A stretch of DNA of 38,586 nt from Deltaproteobacteria bacterium (GTDB taxonomy: Bacteria > JACQOV01): assembly GCA_016202395.1 (NCBI GenBank), contig JACQOV010000083.1, positions 1 to 38,586 on the forward strand, in the 5' to 3' direction. Under the pieces are notes generated by a model. It ran no database searches and had not been told where the DNA came from. It saw nothing but the letters and a program-made list of their open reading frames with translations. Position numbers and translations under genes: made by a program. Below are positions 9,730-18,776 of this stretch, in pieces; the stretch's first letter is position 1; every line of letters starts with the position of its first letter.

Positions 9730-10961
9730 TGGCTATTTATGAATATCAGGGCATGGGTGCTAATGGAAGAGTTGTAAAAGGGATTGTGGACGCGGAATCC
9801 CCTAAAGCGGCGCGCGCCAAACTCCGCAAGCAAGACCTTTTCATCACCCAGTTAGTTGAAGAGAAGGAAGTTGCCGAAAAAGGGTTGTCCCTTCGCCGAG
9901 AGGTGGATTTTCGTCAGATCTTTGGAAGGATTCGATCTCAAGAGATCTCCGTTTTTACTCGTCAGCTTGCAACCTTGCTCAACGCGGGACTTCCTTTGGT
10001 GGAGGCTTTGAACGCCATCATCGATCAACTCGAGAATGTAAAGCTCAAGAAGATTGTGACCCAGGTTCGAGAAAAGGTAAACGAAGGGAGTTCTCTTGCC
10101 GAAGGTCTTAAAGGCGCCTCGAATATTTTTTCCGATCTCTACGTCAACATGGTTCGGGCTGGGGAATCGAGTGGAGCTTTAGATATCGTTTTGGTCCGTC
10201 TTGCGGACTTTTTGGAAGACCAGGTTAAACTCCGGCAGAAAGTGACGGCCACATTGGTCTATCCTATCTTTATGGTCCTCTTTATGGGGGTGATTGTCTT
10301 TTTCTTGATGACCTTTGTTCTTCCAAAGGTCACCGAGGTTTTTGCCAATATTGGACAGGCGGTCCCGATCTACACTCGAATCATGATCGGCCTAAGCCAT
10401 TTCTTTCAGAGATTTTGGATCCCTCTAATTATTCTCATGATTGGCCTCTATTTCGGTTTTAGAAGAGCCCTCCATGTTCCAAAATTCCGACGGCGGTGGG
10501 ACGCCTTTCGGATCCGAGCCCCTATTTTTGGAAAGATCTCCCGAAAAATCGCCATCTCTCGTTTCACTCGGACCTTAAGCACGCTCCTCAGCAGTGGAAT
10601 CCCAGTTTTGATATCAATGGATATTGTGAAGAACGTGGTGGAGAATATGGTTTTATCTGAAGCGATTGATGCCGCAAAAAACAGCATTTCAGAAGGGTCG
10701 AGTATCGCGGAGCCTCTGCGTCGAAGCGGCCTTTTTCCACCCATCGTTACTCACATGATCACTGTGGGGGAGAAAAGTGGAGAGTTGGAATCGATGCTGG
10801 TCAAGGTTTCCGAGGCCTACGACAATGAGGTGGAGGCGACGGTGTCGGGGCTCACGGCGTTACTAGAACCGATCTTGATCTTAATGATGGGAGGGATCGT
10901 TTTCTTTATCATGATCTCGGTCTTGCTCCCAATTTTGCAGATGAATCAAGTACTAAAATAA
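9729..10961 (+). CDS. gspF: Type II secretion inner-membrane platform protein
   Basis: FTRQLATLLNAGLPL, AGESSGALD, GEKSGELE, LLEP; three TM segments. Confidence 0.95.
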   Translation: MAIYEYQGMGANGRVVKGIVDAESPKAARAKLRKQDLFITQLVEEKEVAEKGLSLRREVDFRQIFGRIRSQEISVFTRQLATLLNAGLPLVEALNAIIDQLENVKLKKIVTQVREKVNEGSSLAEGLKGASNIFSDLYVNMVRAGESSGALDIVLVRLADFLEDQVKLRQKVTATLVYPIFMVLFMGVIVFFLMTFVLPKVTEVFANIGQAVPIYTRIMIGLSHFFQRFWIPLIILMIGLYFGFRRALHVPKFRRRWDAFRIRAPIFGKISRKIAISRFTRTLSTLLSSGIPVLISMDIVKNVVENMVLSEAIDAAKNSISEGSSIAEPLRRSGLFPPIVTHMITVGEKSGELESMLVKVSEAYDNEVEATVSGLTALLEPILILMMGGIVFFIMISVLLPILQMNQVLK

Positions 10962-10971
10962 GGAGAAAAAC

Positions 10972-11433
10972 ATGAAAAGAGTTAACATTCGAAATAAAGA
11001 GAAAGGTTTCACGCTCATCGAGATCATGGTGGTGGTGATCATTATTGGATTGCTTGTCAGCATTGTTGGGGTGAACGTGATCTCGCGTGTGGACACCGCC
11101 AAGAGGGTTGCCGCCAAAAATCAGATGAAGAGCCTGGAGTCCGCTTTGTCCCTTTACCGGCTGGATACCGGAACTTATCCCAAGACAGAACAGGGCATGA
11201 AGGCCTTGCTCGAAAAGCCTGCGACAGGGGATGTCTCGAGTGCTTACCGAGAAGGGGGCTATCTGGACGCCAATGCTATTCCTAAAGATCCATGGGGGCA
11301 TGAGTACGTTTATCTTAGCCCAGGAAGTGAAGGGAGAGAGTATGAGGTTATTTCCTATGGAGCGGATGGAGAGCCGGGGGGGGAGGGGAAGGATGCGGAT
11401 ATACAAAGCTGGACGATGGAGGTTGAAGAATAG
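10972..11433 (+). CDS. gspG: Major pseudopilin
   Basis: Prepilin site G/FTLIE, LYRLDTGTYP..QG, PKDPWG, SYGADG. Confidence 0.96.
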   Translation: MKRVNIRNKEKGFTLIEIMVVVIIIGLLVSIVGVNVISRVDTAKRVAAKNQMKSLESALSLYRLDTGTYPKTEQGMKALLEKPATGDVSSAYREGGYLDANAIPKDPWGHEYVYLSPGSEGREYEVISYGADGEPGGEGKDADIQSWTMEVEE

Positions 11434-11434
11434 A

Positions 11435-11559
11435 GGGATGTCGATAAAGGCCCATCTGCTTCGTTGCCTTCCCTCGGCACTTGCTCGACGTACGCCACAG
11501 AGTACGTCTCGCTCGGCCTCGGTCAGGCGCCTCGCATCTGGGACCTTTCTCAACATCCC
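11435..11559. repeat. 125-bp rod-like palindromic element between gspG and gspH
   Basis: Terminal inverted repeats GGGATGTCGATAAAGG / CCTTTCTCAACATCCC (14/16 match) and a central hairpin GACGTAC-N8-GTACGTC. Confidence 0.75.
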
Positions 11560-11571
11560 ATTAATACTCTG

Positions 11572-12105
11572 ATGAAAAATCAGGAAAATGGATTCACGCT
11601 TATTGAGCTTTCGATTGTGCTTCTAGTCATTGGGTTGGTGTTGGGGATTGTGGTTCCTCGCTTTCAGAATTTTCTCGAGGTGGATCTGAAGTCGGCCTCG
11701 CGTCGATTGGCCGGCGCCATTAAATACACCTACGATCGGGCCATCTTCACTCGCAACACCCTGCGCCTTTTCATGGACTTGAAAGAGAACACCTATTGGA
11801 CCGAGGTGTGTGCTAGTGTGACCACAGAGGCCTGTGAGTGGGTCGCAGATTCATCGGTTCTGGGGAGAAAAACCAAACTGCCGCACGGGATTTCTTTTAG
11901 AGATATTTTTATCAATGGAGAAGAGGTGGATGCCACAGCGGTCGGGCTTCATTTTTACCCCTCTGGTTTTGTGATTCCATCGACGATTCACTTGTGGGAT
12001 GGAAAGGAAGACCACACATTGAGTCTCATTATCAATTCTGTTACGGGGAAGGCGGATATTTATAAGGGTTATAAAGTGGAGGTCAAACAATTTGAATTCG
12101 AGTAA
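11572..12105 (+). CDS. gspH: Minor pseudopilin GspH-like (start ATG 11572)
   Basis: MKNQENG/FTLIE prepilin motif; C-terminal FYPSG. Confidence 0.8.
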   Translation: MKNQENGFTLIELSIVLLVIGLVLGIVVPRFQNFLEVDLKSASRRLAGAIKYTYDRAIFTRNTLRLFMDLKENTYWTEVCASVTTEACEWVADSSVLGRKTKLPHGISFRDIFINGEEVDATAVGLHFYPSGFVIPSTIHLWDGKEDHTLSLIINSVTGKADIYKGYKVEVKQFEFE

Positions 12106-12541
12106 ACCACTTCGCAGCTTCAACGATCTTGGATTTACGTTATTAGAGGTGGTGGTGGCGGTGGCCATTTTAGCGACGGCGTTTTTTTCTCTCTTAGTTT
12201 TACATAATCAAACAGTAAATATGAGCTATCGCGTCCAGTGGATCAATGAGGCCACGTTTATCCTTCGGGAGAAGATGACGGAGGTGATTTTACAAAGGAG
12301 CGACTCTCAGGGGATTATTGCGGATCGGGAACCCCCTTTTGAGGAGCGCTTTCCGAATTTTGAGGTCTCTGTTCAAGAGATTCCTTTAAGCACTTTGAGT
12401 GTTATTCCTGTAGAACTGAAAATTCCTCTCGTTTATTATCAGATTACCACCACCGCTTTAAACTCTTCCTCAGAAGAGATATCGGAAGAGAAAAAGGGGG
12501 AGAGTATGGTCATCGGTTTTATTATCGCCGACACGGAGTAA
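12092..12541 (+). CDS. gspI: Minor pseudopilin GspI-like
   Basis: G/FTLLEVVVAVAILA prepilin motif; position in the cluster. Confidence 0.78.
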   Translation: MNSSKPLRSFNDLGFTLLEVVVAVAILATAFFSLLVLHNQTVNMSYRVQWINEATFILREKMTEVILQRSDSQGIIADREPPFEERFPNFEVSVQEIPLSTLSVIPVELKIPLVYYQITTTALNSSSEEISEEKKGESMVIGFIIADTE

Positions 12542-12543
12542 CA

Positions 12544-13251
12544 ATGTTTAAGTCTAAAAAGGGATTTACATTGCTGGAGATCATGGTCGCCTTGACCATC
12601 CTCTCGATCATTTTAATGTTCGTCTACGACACCTTTTTTGCCACACTTCGTGCCCGAGATATCGTGGAGGGGAAGAATGAATCGGTTCAAGGCGCCCGAA
12701 TTATTTTGCAGCGTCTCACCCGCGATTTGAGCGCTGCGGTTCTTGTGAATTATGGGGAGAAACAGGGGTCGGATGAACCGATCAAAACCTTATTTCAAGG
12801 GATTCGGGATGAGGAAGACGGATATGAAATGGATAAACTCCATTTCACAACCCTGTCCCACGTCCCTATTCCCATCGATTCGGAGGATAATAATCAATCC
12901 GCTTTGGCTGAGGTAAGCTACGTTTGGGAACGAGATTCTGAGGAGGAGAGCATCTATCTTTTCCGTCGAGAGGATTTCGCCGTGGACACCGAGCTCACCG
13001 AAGGAGGGAGTTACGCCATGCTTGGCAAGGGGCTCCAAGAGTTTCGCTTGAAATACTACACTGCATCGAGTTCCGGTCAAAGCTATCAGTGGGTGGATGA
13101 ATGGGATTCTACGGAAGACAATACTCTTCCGATGGCGGTAGAGGTTCGTTTGGTTTTTAAAGAACAGAATAACGAAGAAGAGGGTGAAACGGAATCGAGC
13201 GAAAAAGTTTACACGGCTTTAATCCCACTCTATCTTGCTCAAAGGAAATAA
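12544..13251 (+). CDS. gspJ: Minor pseudopilin GspJ-like
   Basis: KKG/FTLLE prepilin motif; C-terminal WVDEWDS...LPMAVEV. Confidence 0.85.
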   Translation: MFKSKKGFTLLEIMVALTILSIILMFVYDTFFATLRARDIVEGKNESVQGARIILQRLTRDLSAAVLVNYGEKQGSDEPIKTLFQGIRDEEDGYEMDKLHFTTLSHVPIPIDSEDNNQSALAEVSYVWERDSEEESIYLFRREDFAVDTELTEGGSYAMLGKGLQEFRLKYYTASSSGQSYQWVDEWDSTEDNTLPMAVEVRLVFKEQNNEEEGETESSEKVYTALIPLYLAQRK

Positions 13252-13257
13252 GATTTT

Positions 13258-14331
13258 GTGAAAAAAGATCCAAAGGGGTTCGCACTCATTATTGTATTAA
13301 CCCTAGTAACCATTTTAGCTGCGGTGGTTGTGGAGTTTGCTTACACAACGCGCGTTGAAGTAGAACTCACTAGCGCCACACGAGACGATCTGCAAGCCTA
13401 TGCTCTTGCTTACTCCGGGATCGAGATTGCAAAGTCTTTACTGCTATCGGATCTTCAAGAAGACCAAGAGCAAGGGGCTAAGATCGACTTCATTCCTTCG
13501 GAGCTTGATCCCACCGAAGAGCTTTGGGCGCAAACTCAGATGGGAGGTTTTGAAAGCTTCCCAATCACAACGGATGAAGCGGGAGAGATCGGTGTGGTCA
13601 GCATCAAGATTACAGATGAGAGCTCTAAATTCTACTTGAATGGCTTGGTAAAAACCAATGGGGTGGATGTCGATACGGAGGCCGCAGAGATGGCCTCTCG
13701 ATTGTTGGAGGCTTTAGAGCTTCCTCCGGAGATTGTGGATGATGTCATTGATTGGATTGACACCGATGACACCCCTTATGGATTAGATAGTGTGGAGTCC
13801 CCTTTTTATGCCTCTCTCGATAAACCTTATGAGTCGAGGGATAGCTTCATGCTCTCCATCTCAGAGCTTCAGATGATCCATGGGGTGGACGATGCCACAG
13901 CACGGAAATTGCAAGGACAAGAGGATGAAAACTACCGTAAAGATGCGCTCGGCTCGGTTTATCTCTCAGCCTATCCCCGTGTGGACAGTTGGGCTATCAA
14001 CGTCAATACTGCCTCTGCCATGGTGTTGCAATCGATCTCTGCGGAAATGTCCTCTTCCGTTGCAGAATCGCTGATAGAGCGCCGGGAAGAAGAGCCTTTT
14101 AAAAGTGTGAGTGATTTTACACAGGAATTAGCCAACTCTGGGATCCAACTCAGCGGCGCTCTAACGAGCCGTCTTGCTGTCAGGAGCGATGTTTTCTCGG
14201 TTCGAGCCGAAGGGGTGGTTCATGGTGTAAGCAGTGTAATGGAGGCTGTTTTGAAAAGAGGGACGACCTCTTCAGGAGGGGCCACCTCCTCCAGCAATCC
14301 CATCGAAATCCTTTTCCTCCGAGTTTTGTAA
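13258..14331 (+). CDS. gspK: Minor pseudopilin GspK
   Basis: G/FALIIVL (no Glu5), DESSKFYLN, DWIDTD, SELQMIHGV, INVNTAS. Confidence 0.9.
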   Translation: MKKDPKGFALIIVLTLVTILAAVVVEFAYTTRVEVELTSATRDDLQAYALAYSGIEIAKSLLLSDLQEDQEQGAKIDFIPSELDPTEELWAQTQMGGFESFPITTDEAGEIGVVSIKITDESSKFYLNGLVKTNGVDVDTEAAEMASRLLEALELPPEIVDDVIDWIDTDDTPYGLDSVESPFYASLDKPYESRDSFMLSISELQMIHGVDDATARKLQGQEDENYRKDALGSVYLSAYPRVDSWAINVNTASAMVLQSISAEMSSSVAESLIERREEEPFKSVSDFTQELANSGIQLSGALTSRLAVRSDVFSVRAEGVVHGVSSVMEAVLKRGTTSSGGATSSSNPIEILFLRVL

Positions 14332-14358
14332 CAGTTTTGCTATAAAAGGAATTTTGTC

Positions 14359-15369
14359 ATGAGCCCAAAGAGCTACAAAAAGGGGTGGTTTTGGCCGGTA
14401 GCGGTGGGTGGGATCCTCGTGGTCACCGTGGTCCTCCTACTCATTTGGAGATGGATAAAGCCACCGGTTCCTCCGCAGCCGCCGGCCCCTGATTCTTCAA
14501 CGGTCTCCCACTTTACTATTTATCACGGTGACCATTTAGGATCTGTCGCTTTAGTCACCAACGAATTCGGCTTTGTCACCCAAGCTGAGAGTTACTTCCC
14601 CTATGGCGAAATTGTCTCTGAGAGTAAGGTCAATGAAAACGAGGTCACTCGTTACCTTTACACCCACCAAGAACGGGACGATTCCGAATTCTATTATTAC
14701 GGCGCAAGATACTACGATCCAACCTCAGCTCGCTTCATGAGTGTTGACCCCATAGACCAATATCCGATAAACTCGTATAATTACGTGAAGAATAGTCCCA
14801 TTTCATTTGTTGATCCGAAGGGTCTATTTCTTGAGAGAACCACACCCTATACTGAACCTATTTTTCAGATGATTTTCGGCCGTCCTAGGGATAGCCATGT
14901 GGGTGAAGCTATTACTTCAAGAAAATTTATAAAATGGGTCGAAGGTAAAAGTTTAGCGATGTTACAACATGAGGCGGATTATAGAGGGCCAGCGAGTAGT
15001 AGTGATGCGGGGGGACCTGAACGGAAGCATCGATATGTGATAGATCCTGGAAATCCAGGTGCCATTATCGATATGAGGCACTTTTTAGTGGTTGGGGAAC
15101 GGGGAGAATTGTTTGGCCTGGGAGTTGAGCTACGTCAATTGAGCGACTCTATAATAACAGAGGATGCAGAATTAGAAAGAACAGTAATGGATCCGGAAGA
15201 TTTTTATTCCAACGCATTAGGAGTCGAATTCTTCACCAATTTTTATGATTTTAACGGAGAACCCTTTTGGGAACAGTTGCAAGATTATTTTGACTATCGT
15301 CGAGCTCAATACGAACAGTACTTAGCTCAATTCTGGAAAGATTCTAAAACCATTCCTGAAGAAAACTAA
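14359..15369 (+). CDS. Short RHS repeat-associated-core protein with N-terminal TM anchor and a variable, toxin-like C-terminal domain
   Basis: Hydrophobic segment at about aa 10-32, Pro-rich linker, then YHGDHLGS...YFPYG...YYYGARYYDP...RFMSVDP...YNYVKNSPISFVDPKG; no YD-repeat shell. Confidence 0.85.
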   Translation: MSPKSYKKGWFWPVAVGGILVVTVVLLLIWRWIKPPVPPQPPAPDSSTVSHFTIYHGDHLGSVALVTNEFGFVTQAESYFPYGEIVSESKVNENEVTRYLYTHQERDDSEFYYYGARYYDPTSARFMSVDPIDQYPINSYNYVKNSPISFVDPKGLFLERTTPYTEPIFQMIFGRPRDSHVGEAITSRKFIKWVEGKSLAMLQHEADYRGPASSSDAGGPERKHRYVIDPGNPGAIIDMRHFLVVGERGELFGLGVELRQLSDSIITEDAELERTVMDPEDFYSNALGVEFFTNFYDFNGEPFWEQLQDYFDYRRAQYEQYLAQFWKDSKTIPEEN

Positions 15370-15388
15370 GTTCACCGGAAATAAAAAA

Positions 15389-16411
15389 TTATCGGGGATC
15401 TTCTGTAACATCCAGCGGCACTTCTTTAAGGTATATCCTTTGATACTCCTGGTTAAGCTTGAGGTGATGTTCAGTACAACTGATTTCCACTACACATCCT
15501 ATCTCCTCATCGAAAACTACTCGAGGAGGTGCAGAAGCTGCAGACATTGAAGGATATAGGTGCTCTCGTCTTCTCTCTTGTCCCAGTACAATAGGGTACA
15601 CTCCATGATTGTACGTTATAAATCCTTCTAAATGACTTTTCTGAGGTGGGCCCATGATTTTTTCTACTTCCTCTCTTGTCATTCCTAAGCACAGATCATA
15701 GCATGCCGATAGTACCTTTCGAGCTTTGATTTCTTCTTCGTAATTCACTCCGAGAATACGCATGACAAGTCTGTCAAATAAACTAACAAGAGGGCGTTCG
15801 TCTAATGGTTCCAGGCGTTGTTGTCCAAGAGGTCCATCCGTTGTTTGAGGAGACTCATCTGGAGAATCCACATGCCCTGAATCGATCGTACTACTTACAA
15901 TGTTTAGAGTCAGATACTGCTCACCCAAATTGAGAGATGGGAAAAGTGGGTCATTCGATGTTAGACTTTTAGATGAGGTTGAATTTTCTTTCTCTTCTTT
16001 TCCGGAGGGGTCTGTAATTCTTAAAGGATTATTCCAGGCGTAGGCATAGAGATTGAGATCTTGAGGATTCGACTCATCTCGGATCGGATCGATACTCAAA
16101 AACCGGGATAACACCGGATCGTAACAGCGGGCTCCGTAATGGAAGAGCTCGGTAGAAGCATCGAATTCCTGTCCTGTATAAAAAGGGAAAGAAGATTCCC
16201 CCTCCGACGAAGACAGATCTGAAAGGATCTCTCCATCGGGGGAGTAGAGGAGGGCTTGAGTCACGTGTCCGTCTTCGTTGGTAACAATGGTAGAAGAGCC
16301 CACGTGATCCCCATGAGAGTATCGAACCCCCTCTGCCTGAACGGGGAACAGAGGCAAGATCCCCATCAGGGGGAAAAGATACCACCCTCGATGCCAATGG
16401 ACCTTTTTCAT
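15389..16411 (-). CDS. Short RHS repeat-associated-core protein with a predicted Sec signal peptide and a BamE/SmpA-like C-terminal motif
   Basis: MKK...PVQA/EG signal, then YSHGDHVGS...FYTGQEFD...HYGARCYDP...RFLSIDP...YAYAWNNPLRITDPSG; C-terminal LGMTREEVEKIMGPP. Confidence 0.82.
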   Translation of the reverse strand: MKKVHWHRGWYLFPLMGILPLFPVQAEGVRYSHGDHVGSSTIVTNEDGHVTQALLYSPDGEILSDLSSSEGESSFPFYTGQEFDASTELFHYGARCYDPVLSRFLSIDPIRDESNPQDLNLYAYAWNNPLRITDPSGKEEKENSTSSKSLTSNDPLFPSLNLGEQYLTLNIVSSTIDSGHVDSPDESPQTTDGPLGQQRLEPLDERPLVSLFDRLVMRILGVNYEEEIKARKVLSACYDLCLGMTREEVEKIMGPPQKSHLEGFITYNHGVYPIVLGQERRREHLYPSMSAASAPPRVVFDEEIGCVVEISCTEHHLKLNQEYQRIYLKEVPLDVTEDPR

Positions 16412-16572
16412 GGAAAATCCGATGAAATCCTATCACAAGAGTTGGATCCAACTCAACAGAGAAGACTCATAGAAACAGAAGTTCAATGCTATGAAGCCTG
16501 TTAGCTTTTAAAGAAGAAACAGTTTTTGGTTGATTTTCTTTTTAAATTTAGGTATTTTCGTCACTTACTGGA

Positions 16573-17685
16573 ATGGTCTCAAAAGGGAACAAAACAAATT
16601 CGGTTCGAAATCTTCGCCAAAGGATCGATCAAATCGACGAGAGGATCACCGATCTTCTGCACAAAAGAGGGAAGGTTGCCTTAGAGATCGTTCATGCGAA
16701 GGGGAGAGAGAAGCTTTCCACTTACGATCCTTCCCGAGAGAGAGAGGTTTTCGAGAGGGTTTTGAGCCACTCCGGTCCCTTTCCTAAGGTAGGCCTTCGA
16801 GCTATTTTCCGAGAGATTCTCTCAGCCTCCCGATCTTTGCAACGACAGATTCAGGTGGGTTATCTGGGACCTCAAGGAACTTTCACGCATGAGGCCACGC
16901 TAAAACACTTTGGGGAATCGGCAAGCCTTCTTGCCACCCCGAGGCTCGCGGATGTTTTTCGCTCTGTTGAGCAATGTGAGCTCGATTACGGTGTCGTTCC
17001 TGTGGAAAATTCTTTGGAAGGGGTCGTGTCAGAAACCCTGGATCTCCTTTTAGAGACCCCTCTTAAGATCTGCGCTGAGATTATTCTTACGGTTCGCCAT
17101 TCGTTACTCACTCGCGAAAGAAGATTAGAGGAAATTCAGCGGGTCTACTCTCATCCCATTGCTTTGGCTCAGTGCCGTCGTTGGCTTGCAGAGCATCTTC
17201 CCAATGCGATTAAAGTGGGAACCGAGAGCACGGCTGCAGCGGTGCAAAAGGTTCTCAAGGAGGGAGACTCGGCCGCCATTGCGGGCCCCTTGGCAGCAAA
17301 GCTTTACAGGATGAAACCATTGCGTCGAAATATCCAAGATCGAACGGAAGACCTCACCCGTTTTTTGGTTTTAAGTCGTCAAGAGGCCTCTCCAACCTCT
17401 CAAGATAAAACCACGCTCATTCTCTCCCTCAAAAATAGGCCGGGGGCCTTGTATCAAGCCCTGCGGCCCTTGGCTCAGGCGCGCATTAACCTCACCAAAA
17501 TTGAGTCCCGTCCCGCCAAAAATGAGCCCTGGTCGTATCTCTTTTTTATCGATTGCGATGGAAACTATCGCGATCCTCGCCTCTCTGGCGCTCTCCGAAA
17601 GGTTGAACCCCATTGTCGTTTTGTAAAGCTGCTAGGATCTTATCCCCGAGGAGATTCCCAAGGATTAAGGGGTAAACTCGGGTGA
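16573..17685 (+). CDS. pheA: Bifunctional chorismate mutase/prephenate dehydratase
   Basis: AroQ domain LRQRIDQID...YDPSRE, YLGPQGTFT, VPVENS, TRF, ACT domain NLTKIESRP. Confidence 0.95.
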   Translation: MVSKGNKTNSVRNLRQRIDQIDERITDLLHKRGKVALEIVHAKGREKLSTYDPSREREVFERVLSHSGPFPKVGLRAIFREILSASRSLQRQIQVGYLGPQGTFTHEATLKHFGESASLLATPRLADVFRSVEQCELDYGVVPVENSLEGVVSETLDLLLETPLKICAEIILTVRHSLLTRERRLEEIQRVYSHPIALAQCRRWLAEHLPNAIKVGTESTAAAVQKVLKEGDSAAIAGPLAAKLYRMKPLRRNIQDRTEDLTRFLVLSRQEASPTSQDKTTLILSLKNRPGALYQALRPLAQARINLTKIESRPAKNEPWSYLFFIDCDGNYRDPRLSGALRKVEPHCRFVKLLGSYPRGDSQGLRGKLG

Positions 17686-18776
17686 AACCTTTGGTCTCGG
17701 AAAATGTTGCCTCTCTTGTCCCTTACGTGCCGGGGAAGCCGATCGAAGAGGTGGAGCGAGAGCTTGGGATTAAAGGATCCATCAAACTGGCTTCCAATGA
17801 GAATCCTTTCGGTCCCTCTCCAAAAGCGGTTTCGGCCATTCGGAAGTCCCTCTCTCAGATTCATCGTTATCCAGAGGGAGACTGTTTCTATCTTCGGGAG
17901 CGTTTGGCGCAACACCTCGGTGTCGCTCCAGAGGAGCTTGTCTTTGGGAATGGTTCCAATGAGATTCTGGAACTCTTTGTCCGAACTTTTTTAACACCGG
18001 GGGATGAGGCTCTTCTCTCCGAATCTACTTTTCTGGTGTATGGGCTGCTCCTCCAAGCCGCCGGCATCGGGATCCGAAGAATCCCTCTAAAGGCGCATTG
18101 CTACGATTTCAAAGCCATGGCTCAAGCTGTGGGTCCTAAAACCCGGGCCCTCTTTATTGCCAACCCGAACAACCCCACGGGGACATTTGTTCGGCGCGAG
18201 GAGTTCAAGCAGTTTTTAAAGCAGGTGCCTCCTGAGATTTTTATCGTCATGGATGAGGCCTATTTCGAGTTTGCAACCGATCCAGACTACCCTGATTCTC
18301 TGGTTTACCGAAAAGATCGTCCCCTTTTGATTACGCTGCGGACTTTCTCAAAGGCCTATGGACTCGCGTCGCTGCGAATCGGATATGGAGTGTGTAGTCA
18401 AGAGGTTGCCAGTTTTATGAATCGGGTCCGTCAGCCCTTCAATGTCAACGGGCTTGCCCAGATTGCGGCCGTTGCCGCTTTGGGTGATTCGGAGCACGTT
18501 TCAAAAACGGTTCGGAACAATCAAAAGGGGATTCTCTTTCTTTCCAGAGAGCTTCAAAAGATGAAAGTGGAATCGATCCCCTCGCAGGCCAACTTTTTAT
18601 TGGTCAAAGTGGGAGGTTCTGCGGAAAGGGTCTATCAAGATCTTTTAAGGGAAGGGGTGATTGTCCGACCGATGGGGGTCTACGACCTTCCGGAATTTAT
18701 CCGGGTGACGGTGGGGCTTCCGGCTGAGAACAAGAGGTTTATTCAAGCGCTGAAAAAAATCTATGGCAAAACCTAA
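17682..18776 (+). CDS. hisC: Histidinol-phosphate aminotransferase
   Basis: YVPGKP, KLASNENP, GNGSNE, NPNNPTG, DEAY, RTFSKAYGLASLRIGY. Confidence 0.95.
   Translation: MKPLVSENVASLVPYVPGKPIEEVERELGIKGSIKLASNENPFGPSPKAVSAIRKSLSQIHRYPEGDCFYLRERLAQHLGVAPEELVFGNGSNEILELFVRTFLTPGDEALLSESTFLVYGLLLQAAGIGIRRIPLKAHCYDFKAMAQAVGPKTRALFIANPNNPTGTFVRREEFKQFLKQVPPEIFIVMDEAYFEFATDPDYPDSLVYRKDRPLLITLRTFSKAYGLASLRIGYGVCSQEVASFMNRVRQPFNVNGLAQIAAVAALGDSEHVSKTVRNNQKGILFLSRELQKMKVESIPSQANFLLVKVGGSAERVYQDLLREGVIVRPMGVYDLPEFIRVTVGLPAENKRFIQALKKIYGKT

Noticed and set aside
10909-11556. 215-aa minus-strand ORF
   Set aside because: Antisense shadow of gspG and the repeat, with no recognisable motifs.
11464-11571. 36-aa N-terminal extension of GspH in the ORF track
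   Set aside because: It is mostly a translation of the palindromic element; the prepilin motif supports ATG 11572.
14330-16526. 9-bp direct repeat AACAGTTTT (14330-14338 and 16518-16526) flanking the two RHS genes, as a possible target-site duplication
   Set aside because: Short and AT-rich, in AT-rich intergenic DNA, with no terminal inverted repeats or transposase; chance is likely.
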